24,165 bases of DNA from Candidatus Hydrogenedentota bacterium (GTDB taxonomy: Bacteria > Hydrogenedentota > Hydrogenedentia > Hydrogenedentales > GCA-2746185): positions 1 through 24,165 of the forward strand of contig JAYGCN010000040.1 in assembly GCA_046583315.1 (NCBI GenBank), written 5' to 3'. Numbering within the stretch: the first letter of the stretch is position 1; every line of letters starts with the position of its first letter. The notes beneath the pieces are model-generated. The model saw only the letters and a list, made by a program, of their open reading frames with translations, ran no database searches and was not told where the DNA came from. The position numbers and the translations under genes were made by a program. Below are positions 17,158 to 24,165 of this stretch, piece after piece.

Positions 17158-18471
17158 TTAAATGGCTTCTTGTTGGACGATACGGAACAGCGTGAGAGCG
17201 CCGCGTTTGATGGTGAGCATGACGAGTTCCTGATTGGATTCCATGCGTTTGGCGTATTCTTCCTTGAAATGTGCAAGGTCGCGTACGGTCACTCCATCGA
17301 TTGCAAGAATAATGTCCCCCGCGCCCAGTTTGGACTGGGAGGCCAATTCCCCTTCTTTGGTACCGGATATCAGCACCCCCTCCTTGGAGGTGAGCTGCGC
17401 ACGACGGATGACACTATTTGTGAGCTCGGAGAGCGTAAAGCCCCATTCCTCAAGCTCTTCCTCTTCACCTTTACGCTCGCTTTTTTCAACGGTGGTGATG
17501 GGTACGTCAACGATAGCGTCGCCGCGTTGAATGGTCAGGGTAATTTCCTGTCCGGTGGGGTAATCCGCGATCCGTTTGCGAATTTCCGGGAGGTCTTCAG
17601 TGAACCGCGCATCCGTCGCTTCACCATCAATCGAGAGCAAGACGTCACCTGGACGTATACGCGCATCAAATGCGGGGGAGAGGGGGTTCACATCGCCAAT
17701 CACTACACCGGCCCGCGTGGGGTCATCCGTGATTCGGGTCATTTCCTGAAATGCCACACCAATATCGCTTCGTGATACACGACCGGTCGCGATAATTTCG
17801 TCAATCACCTGACGCGCGATGTCGATGGGGATGGCAAAGCCGACGTTGTCCGCGCCGGTCAATTTACGTGTGTTGATGCCGATCACTTCGCCGCGAATAT
17901 TCACCAACGGTCCGCCGCTGTTTCCCGGGTTGATTGCCGCATCGGTTTGAATCCAGTTGTTGTAGGGTGCCGTGCTCGATCCCATGCGTTCGAGGTTTCT
18001 GTCCGTGACGCTGACGATGCCGAGCGAAACCGAACGGGCTAAACCGTGTGGACTGCCCATGGCCATGACGGTTTCACCCGCTTCCAGATTGTGGGACACG
18101 CCGAGCTTCACATAAGGCAGATCGGTGCGATCGGTACGCAACTTGAGCACGGCGATATCGGTGTAAGGGTCTGTGCCCACGACATCGGCTTCAACTTCGT
18201 CGCGGTCGAACAGCACGCAACGCACAAAGTCACTCTTGGCGGCGACGTGTTCGTTGGTGACCACGTAACCATCGGGGGTGATGATGAAACCACTACCGGT
18301 TACGGCAACTTCGCGTCGCTCGCCACGCCGGAATACCTCTTTTACCGGACTCACGTGGATGAGTGCCGGAGCCACCTTATTTTTGGCGGATATGACTGCG
18401 CGCGAGTTGCCGTTGGTCGCGCATCCGGCAAGCGCAAGCACTACCACAAGCCCTAATAATTTCGTTTTCAA
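17158..18471 (-). CDS. Lipoprotein HtrA/DegP-family (S1C) serine protease with 2 PDZ domains
   Basis: TTG start with AGGGGAG RBS and lipobox LAGC. Motifs GSGFII..DGYVVTNEHV (His), TDIAVLK (Asp) and IQTDAAINPGNSGGPLVN (Ser) give an intact triad, followed by two PDZ domains. Confidence 0.93.
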   Translation of the reverse strand: MKTKLLGLVVVLALAGCATNGNSRAVISAKNKVAPALIHVSPVKEVFRRGERREVAVTGSGFIITPDGYVVTNEHVAAKSDFVRCVLFDRDEVEADVVGTDPYTDIAVLKLRTDRTDLPYVKLGVSHNLEAGETVMAMGSPHGLARSVSLGIVSVTDRNLERMGSSTAPYNNWIQTDAAINPGNSGGPLVNIRGEVIGINTRKLTGADNVGFAIPIDIARQVIDEIIATGRVSRSDIGVAFQEMTRITDDPTRAGVVIGDVNPLSPAFDARIRPGDVLLSIDGEATDARFTEDLPEIRKRIADYPTGQEITLTIQRGDAIVDVPITTVEKSERKGEEEELEEWGFTLSELTNSVIRRAQLTSKEGVLISGTKEGELASQSKLGAGDIILAIDGVTVRDLAHFKEEYAKRMESNQELVMLTIKRGALTLFRIVQQEAI

Positions 18472-18722
18472 AGACTTTCTCCCCTACGGATTAATCCGTC
18501 GTATTGTTGATTATCGGCTCGAAAAGGCTGGTGGATCCACTTTCGATCTAGATTGAACACCAAATCGGCGAATTATCTTCATAATATTGTGTAAAAGCAC
18601 CCTGCTTGTATATCAAATGCACAGTGGGTACAGCAACTCCGGCGGTTATAGTTAAGGGGGCTCTCAGCCCCGATAGGCCTCGTTTCCACCTAGGGTGTGT
18701 CATAGCCGTTTGACTGGGAAAG

Positions 18723-18751
18723 TTGCGTTAATGGGGCATATTCACTAGAAT
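18723..18751 (+). promoter_or_regulatory. Putative sigma70 promoter of the TPR gene
   Basis: TTGCGT (18723-18728), a 17-nt spacer, then TAGAAT (18746-18751), 29 nt before the GTG start. Confidence 0.55.
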
Positions 18752-18780
18752 CGAGGTCTGTCTACTATGGAGAATTCTAC

Positions 18781-19578
18781 GTGAAAATCAGTTTTAAGCT
18801 AAAGGTTTGGACCGGCGTTGCGGTGGTCAGCACCACAATTTGGGCCGTATTTCTCAGGTCGCTGGTCACAGACCCGCAACCCGTGGCCGAACAGCTTCAG
18901 GTCTTTGGGGTGCAGGCCGATACGCAGGATATTTGGCATCGGGCGGTTCTGTTTCACGGAATTGGGGATTACGAGGAATCGGCCAAACTCTATGAACAAG
19001 CCATCGAGCGGGATCCTGATTCGACCATGTTCCACCTGTATCGCGGCAAACTCATGTTTGACGTGAAGGACTATGACGGAGCGATCGCCGAATATGACGA
19101 TGCGCTCGAGATTGATCCAGACTTCGCATGGGCAGTGAATGCGCGCGCGGTGGCTCGTTACTTTAATGGGGATGAGGAAGGGTGTTTACGCGATCTGGAA
19201 TTGGCCGCCGAGATGGATCCGGGCTTTACGGGTCCAAAAGTGAATATGGGGGTTCTGAAACGTCTGGATGGGGATACGGATGGTGCATTGGAAATATTCC
19301 TTAAATTGAGAGAACAGAGTGCCCCGCGGGTTCCCGGACACTTTCTTTTGGACAACATCGCCAAGATCTATTTCGACACGGGGAACTATCCGGAGTCGCT
19401 TGAGGCCTTGGATGTGATCATCACGCATTATCCGGCACACATTGATGCCTACAAGAAACGGGCACAAGTATATCGTCGGATGAATCGAGTTGAAGAGGCT
19501 CAGGCGGACAGTAAGCGGTTTATGGAGTTGTCGGCCGAGTTGGCCGTTTACGCGAAGGACTTGAAACAGTCTGGTTAA
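18781..19578 (+). CDS. Membrane-anchored multi-TPR protein
   Basis: N-terminal hydrophobic segment followed by roughly 5-6 TPR units (for example RGKLMFDVKDYDGAIAEYDDALEIDP); GGAG RBS before the GTG. Confidence 0.85.
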   Translation: MKISFKLKVWTGVAVVSTTIWAVFLRSLVTDPQPVAEQLQVFGVQADTQDIWHRAVLFHGIGDYEESAKLYEQAIERDPDSTMFHLYRGKLMFDVKDYDGAIAEYDDALEIDPDFAWAVNARAVARYFNGDEEGCLRDLELAAEMDPGFTGPKVNMGVLKRLDGDTDGALEIFLKLREQSAPRVPGHFLLDNIAKIYFDTGNYPESLEALDVIITHYPAHIDAYKKRAQVYRRMNRVEEAQADSKRFMELSAELAVYAKDLKQSG

Positions 19579-19652
19579 AATGATAGCGTTGAAAAGTTAA
19601 GCCATTAAGTAATTTTAGCGATGCCGAAGCGGCCCGAAAGGAATAGTTGACC

Positions 19653-20849
19653 ATGGATTTTGATTACACGCCCAAGGTGCAGGAATTGCGTGAACGCCTC
19701 ATTGCGTTTATGGATAAGCACATTTACCCCAATGAAGAACTCTTTGCGGAGCAACTTAACGAGGGTGATCGCTGGCAGCCGATTCAGATTATCGAAGACC
19801 TCAAACCGATTGCGCGCGAGGCTGGACTCTGGAACATGTTTCTGCCGCACAGTGATGATGGCGCGGGGCTGACAAACCTGGAATATGCCCCTTTGTGCGA
19901 GATTATGGGGCGCGTGGGATGGTCTTCGGAAGTGTTCAATTGTTCTGCGCCGGATACGGGCAACATGGAAGTATTCGCGCGTTATGCGTCTGAAGAGCTT
20001 AAAGAACGGTGGATGAAACCGCTGCTCAATGGGGAGATTCGGTCGTGTTTTGCGATGACGGAGCCACGTGTGGCTTCTTCGGATGCGACCAACATAGAGT
20101 CCCGCATTGTTCGGGATGGCGACGACTATGTGATAAACGGTTTGAAATGGTGGACCTCGGGTTCGGGTGATCCTCGATGTAAGGTGGCGATTTTTATGGG
20201 TAAGACGGATCCTGCCGGCCCCAAACACAATCAGCAGTCGATGATTGTCGTGCCGATGGATACTCCGGGCATCACGGTCAAACGCATGCTGCCTGTTTTC
20301 GGTTTCGACGACGCGCCCCACGGTCACGGTGAAGTCTCCTTTGAAGACGTGCGCGTGCCGGTTGACCATATCTTGCTCGGCGAAGGTCGAGGCTTCGAAA
20401 TCGCTCAAGGTCGTCTTGGACCGGGCCGCATTCACCATTGCATGCGTACCTGCGGTGTGGCAGAACGCGCACTCGAGTTTATGAAGGACCGCGTGCAGAA
20501 ACGCGTTGCGTTTGGAACGACACTCGCCGAAAAGGGAACGATTCGCGCGGACATCGCGCACTCCCGTATGGAAATTGAGCAGACGCGGCTCTTGGTATTG
20601 AAAGCGGCGGACATGATGGACAAGGTGGGCAACAAGATCGCGCGTAAAGAAATCGCGATGATTAAAGTGCTCGCGCCGAACATGTGCCTGCGCGTAATTG
20701 ATAGAGCTATTCAGGCCCACGGCGGTGGCGGCGTCAGCAACGACTTTCCGCTGGCGAAAATGTACGCGGGCATGCGTACACTGCGTCTGGCGGACGGACC
20801 GGATGAGGTGCATACCGAGACCATTGCACGCCTGGAACTGAAATCGTAG
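19653..20849 (+). CDS. Acyl-CoA dehydrogenase, FadE2/ACAD10-11-like subfamily
   Basis: [67 protein letters not shown] and [14 protein letters not shown] 19653 follows an AAGGAA RBS. Confidence 0.93.
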   Translation: MDFDYTPKVQELRERLIAFMDKHIYPNEELFAEQLNEGDRWQPIQIIEDLKPIAREAGLWNMFLPHSDDGAGLTNLEYAPLCEIMGRVGWSSEVFNCSAPDTGNMEVFARYASEELKERWMKPLLNGEIRSCFAMTEPRVASSDATNIESRIVRDGDDYVINGLKWWTSGSGDPRCKVAIFMGKTDPAGPKHNQQSMIVVPMDTPGITVKRMLPVFGFDDAPHGHGEVSFEDVRVPVDHILLGEGRGFEIAQGRLGPGRIHHCMRTCGVAERALEFMKDRVQKRVAFGTTLAEKGTIRADIAHSRMEIEQTRLLVLKAADMMDKVGNKIARKEIAMIKVLAPNMCLRVIDRAIQAHGGGGVSNDFPLAKMYAGMRTLRLADGPDEVHTETIARLELKS

Positions 20850-20887
20850 GGTTGAGGCGCATTCGACGTTGAAGGAGGGTTGATACG

Positions 20888-22450
20888 GTGGCTACACCCA
20901 GGAATCTGGCGGAACTCGGGGCTGACGCGATTGATCGTCATGGCGAACGCATGTCGATGGTGTTTCAAGGCGAGGAAATTCTGAACACGACCTTTTTCGA
21001 GCGATCCCAACGTCTCCAGCGAGCGTTTACGGAGATGGGAATGGGCAAAGACACGATGATGTGTCTGACCATGGTAAATCATCCGCTTGTATACTCTGTT
21101 TTCGGTGGTTGTTTTCGCTCGGCTACTACGGTGGTGCCGGTGATGTTCCAATTGACGCCGCCGGAGTTGCGGTACATTTATGGACACACTGAAGCGCAGG
21201 TGATCATTACTGACACGACGCTGGTGGATAACGTGCGAGAAGCCATTAAAGGACTCGACCACATCAAATGGATCGCCATACGGGGAGGGGAGACGAATGA
21301 GGATGCCAATCCGCCGGAATATTCCCTCGAATCTTTCCTTGAGTACGAACCTCAACCGACTATCGAATCGATCGACCCGCATGATCTCGCGTTGATGCTC
21401 TACACGTCTGGAACGACTGGAAGACCCAAGGGCGTGATGCTTACACATGACGCGCTGATACAGGGTGTCGACAGCGGGATGCGCGCATCGTGTCTTGACG
21501 CGCGAAATCATCCACTCGTATCGCTTTCCGCATTGCCGATGGCCCACATTTATGGCGTGGGGGTCATGAACTCGAGTGCTCGCATGCCGGAGCATTATCC
21601 GGCGGGTTTCGCCGTTCAGGAAACCTGGTTTGATGTGGTGAGATTTTTCGAGCTGATTGACCAGTACAAAATTACAGACATGGCGTCGGTGCCGACCATG
21701 ATCGCGATGATGATTGCGCACCCGGATATTGATAACTATGACCTGACTTCGCTGGAAATGGTGAATTGTGGCGCGGCACCGGTTCCGCCGGAAGTCGCGG
21801 ATGCCTTTATGGAGCGAACGGGGTCGCGGATTCGTCAGCTGTATGGCATGACGGAGAACGCGGGTATGGCCACGGCGGATCGCTTCGACCAGCCCTATCG
21901 ATCAGGTTCAGCGGGTAAAGCATATGACATTACCGACTTACGAATATTTGATGATGATGATAATGAGCTTCCGTCGAACACTCGCGGAGAGATTGTTACG
22001 AAGGGTCCGAGCGTGATGAAGGGGTATTTCAAAGCGCCGGAGGCCACAGAGGAGACGATTGTAAACGGATGGTTGCATACCGGCGATATCGGCTATCTGG
22101 ACGACGATGGCTGGTTGTATGTCGTGGATCGTAAGAAGGACATGATCATCAAGGGGGGCGAGAACATTTTCCCGGCGGAAGTCGAAAATGTGCTTTACAA
22201 ACATCCTGAAATCGACGAAGCGGCGGTGGTTGGCGTGCCGCACGATGTTTACGGCGAAGATATCGTCGCGTTCGTCGTGCTATCCGAGGGGAGCGCACTA
22301 AGCGACGAGGAGATCATCGCGTTCACCATTCAGTCGCTCTCAAAGTTTAAGGCGCCGTCTCAGATTCATTTTCTGGATGCGCTGCCCAAGAGCGGTGTAG
22401 GCAAAATTCTGCGTCGCGAATTGCGCGATCAGATTACGGCAAAGGAGTAG
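20888..22450 (+). CDS. AMP-forming acyl-CoA synthetase (long-chain fatty acid-CoA ligase-like)
   Basis: YTSGTTGRPKG, YGMTE, GWLHTGDIG, DRKKDMIIKGGENI.P.EVE and LPKS..GKILR; GGAGG RBS. Confidence 0.93.
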   Translation: MATPRNLAELGADAIDRHGERMSMVFQGEEILNTTFFERSQRLQRAFTEMGMGKDTMMCLTMVNHPLVYSVFGGCFRSATTVVPVMFQLTPPELRYIYGHTEAQVIITDTTLVDNVREAIKGLDHIKWIAIRGGETNEDANPPEYSLESFLEYEPQPTIESIDPHDLALMLYTSGTTGRPKGVMLTHDALIQGVDSGMRASCLDARNHPLVSLSALPMAHIYGVGVMNSSARMPEHYPAGFAVQETWFDVVRFFELIDQYKITDMASVPTMIAMMIAHPDIDNYDLTSLEMVNCGAAPVPPEVADAFMERTGSRIRQLYGMTENAGMATADRFDQPYRSGSAGKAYDITDLRIFDDDDNELPSNTRGEIVTKGPSVMKGYFKAPEATEETIVNGWLHTGDIGYLDDDGWLYVVDRKKDMIIKGGENIFPAEVENVLYKHPEIDEAAVVGVPHDVYGEDIVAFVVLSEGSALSDEEIIAFTIQSLSKFKAPSQIHFLDALPKSGVGKILRRELRDQITAKE

Positions 22451-22460
22451 ACAGACGACC

Positions 22461-23987
22461 ATGAGCGACCCGGGACTTCAGTACGGCGACACTTTTATTT
22501 CTCATGAGGATCTGATGGTACGCGTAGCAAAAGCGGCTACAGGCTTACACGATTTGGGTGTCAAGAAGGACGATACGGCGGCCTTGATGCTACGCAATGA
22601 CGTAGCCTATCTTGAGGCGACGCTTGGAATTCGCGTGGTCGGTGCGATGCCGGTTCCGATCAATTGGCATTTGCAGGGGCCGGAAGTGGCTTATATCTTG
22701 AACGATTGCGGCGCGAATGTACTTGTAATCCATTCGGATTTGTATCGTTCGTTGCGGTCTGTGATCCCCAAGCATGTTCAGATTATCCAGGTCGAAACAC
22801 CCGAAATCCTGTGCTCAACTTTTGATGTGGACGGGACACCCGTGGCTGGAGCCGGTCCTGTGTGGAACGAATGGCTCGATACCTTTGAATCCTGGGCTGA
22901 AGAACCCACGATGCAGACGGCGAGCATGATTTATACCTCGGGTACAACGGGTATGCCAAAAGGTGTCAAACGCGAACCTGCGACCCCTGAGCAATATGCG
23001 GAGCAGATAGAAGTCATGTCAGGCGTACTGGGAGTGGTGCCGGGTGCGAGCACCGTCATTCCAGCACCGATGTATCATGCGGCACCCAACGCTTTTTCGA
23101 TTTTTGCCGTGCAGCTTAAAACATTTTGCGTGATTATGCCACGATTCGACGCAGAGGAGTTTCTGCGCATTGTGGAGCAGTACAAGATTTCCCATGTACA
23201 GATGGTTCCGACGATGTTCGTGCGTCTGCTGAAGCTTCCTGAAAATGTGCGCAACAAGTATGACATCTCTTCACTGGAATACATTATTCATGCCGCTGCA
23301 CCGTGTCCACCACAGACCAAGAAAGCCATGATTGACTGGTGGGGTCCCATCATTCATGAATATTACGGTAGCACGGAGATGAGCGCGGTTACCGTGTGTT
23401 CTTCCGAGGAGGCGTTGAAGTACCCCGGCACGGTTGGCAAGGCGCTTGAACGCTCAATCGTGAAAATTCTCGACGATGACGGCAAGGAGCTACCCGCCAA
23501 CGAAATCGGGAATGTCTATGGAAACCTTCTGACCAACACCGATTTCACGTATCAAAATGACGATGCGAAACGCGCCGAGATGGACGTGGACGGATTGCTT
23601 TCCTGTGGAGACATTGGTTATCTCAACGACGATGGATTTCTGTTTCTGTGCGATCGCGCGTCAAATATGATCATCTCTGGTGGTGCGAATATTTACCCGG
23701 CGGAGATTGAATCGGTGTTGATTGAAATGGATGGCGTCAAAGATTGTGCCGTATTCGGTATTCCCGATGCGGATTTCGGGGAGAAGGTCGCAGCCATTAT
23801 CGAGCCGGAGTCGGAGAATTCCGTAACCGTTGAGACTGTTCAGGCTTTTCTTCGCGAACGCATCGCCGGTTACAAAGTGCCGCGCCATGTGGAATTTAGA
23901 GAAAACCTTCCCCGCGAAGATTCCGGGAAGTTATTCAAGCGAAAATTGAAAGACGAATTTTGGAAAGATTCGGGCCGTGCGATCTAA
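22461..23987 (+). CDS. AMP-forming acyl-CoA synthetase (second, different subfamily)
   Basis: YTSGTTG.PKG, PMYH.AP, HAAAPCP, EYYGSTE, GDIGYL, DR...MIISGG.NIYPAEIE and LPR..SGKL.KR. Confidence 0.93.
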   Translation: MSDPGLQYGDTFISHEDLMVRVAKAATGLHDLGVKKDDTAALMLRNDVAYLEATLGIRVVGAMPVPINWHLQGPEVAYILNDCGANVLVIHSDLYRSLRSVIPKHVQIIQVETPEILCSTFDVDGTPVAGAGPVWNEWLDTFESWAEEPTMQTASMIYTSGTTGMPKGVKREPATPEQYAEQIEVMSGVLGVVPGASTVIPAPMYHAAPNAFSIFAVQLKTFCVIMPRFDAEEFLRIVEQYKISHVQMVPTMFVRLLKLPENVRNKYDISSLEYIIHAAAPCPPQTKKAMIDWWGPIIHEYYGSTEMSAVTVCSSEEALKYPGTVGKALERSIVKILDDDGKELPANEIGNVYGNLLTNTDFTYQNDDAKRAEMDVDGLLSCGDIGYLNDDGFLFLCDRASNMIISGGANIYPAEIESVLIEMDGVKDCAVFGIPDADFGEKVAAIIEPESENSVTVETVQAFLRERIAGYKVPRHVEFRENLPREDSGKLFKRKLKDEFWKDSGRAI

Positions 23988-24015
23988 CGGCGGTTAGAAA
24001 CCAAGGAGTAATGAC

Positions 24016-24165
24016 ATGGATCTGAACTTTACAGCGGAGGAAGAAGCGTTCCGCGTGGAAGTCCGTGAATGGATAGACGAAAACCTGCCGGAGGTGTTTC
24101 AGGGAGGGCGCGGTTCGGGTACTCGAGCCGACCGTGATCTCTGGTACAAACGTCTCGGAGAAAAG
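24016..24165 (+). CDS. Acyl-CoA dehydrogenase, N-terminal fragment (runs off the window)
   Basis: AAGGAG RBS, then MDLNFTAEEEAFRVEVREWIDENLP...W...L.EK, a typical ACAD N-terminus. The frame stays open to the window edge. Confidence 0.8.
   Translation, partial: MDLNFTAEEEAFRVEVREWIDENLPEVFQGGRGSGTRADRDLWYKRLGEK

Noticed and set aside
17136..17276. 47-aa N-terminal extension of the PDZ protein given by the ORF track
   Set aside because: It overlaps the upstream protease gene. The ATG at 17135 has an RBS and yields a proper signal peptide.
19605..20813. 402-aa minus-strand ORF
   Set aside because: It lies antisense to the clear acyl-CoA dehydrogenase and has no recognisable motifs. Such shadow ORFs are a common by-product of codon bias.
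20711..21721. 336-aa minus-strand ORF
   Set aside because: Antisense shadow of the ACAD and acyl-CoA ligase genes, with His/Arg-rich composition typical of a non-coding frame.

Overview
A dense bacterial chromosomal window made up almost entirely of housekeeping and metabolic genes; I see no mobile element, CRISPR array, tRNA or rRNA. From left to right: the 3' end of a Zn-dependent alcohol dehydrogenase, a bidirectional terminator and a secreted DUF1080 protein on the minus strand. Then comes a long plus-strand run: nadX-rplU-rpmA-obgE-proB-proA-nadD-yqeK-SAM methyltransferase (YqeM-like), with no rsfS. Next are a divergent metF/metH pair, an SLC13/TrkA-C permease, and a minus-strand three-gene operon (lipoprotein HtrA-like protease, an HtrA paralogue that appears catalytically dead, and a membrane-anchored TPR protein) facing a divergent TPR gene. 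The window ends in an acyl-CoA catabolic cluster: an ACAD10/11(LvaC)-like dehydrogenase, two acyl-CoA ligases and the start of a second ACAD. The best candidates for something undescribed are (i) the active plus pseudo-HtrA plus TPR envelope module and (ii) the metF-metH intergenic region, which holds mutually exclusive stems favouring the metF strand, a 14-bp tandem repeat and a palindromic -10 box. All calls come from reading motifs by eye; no database search was run.
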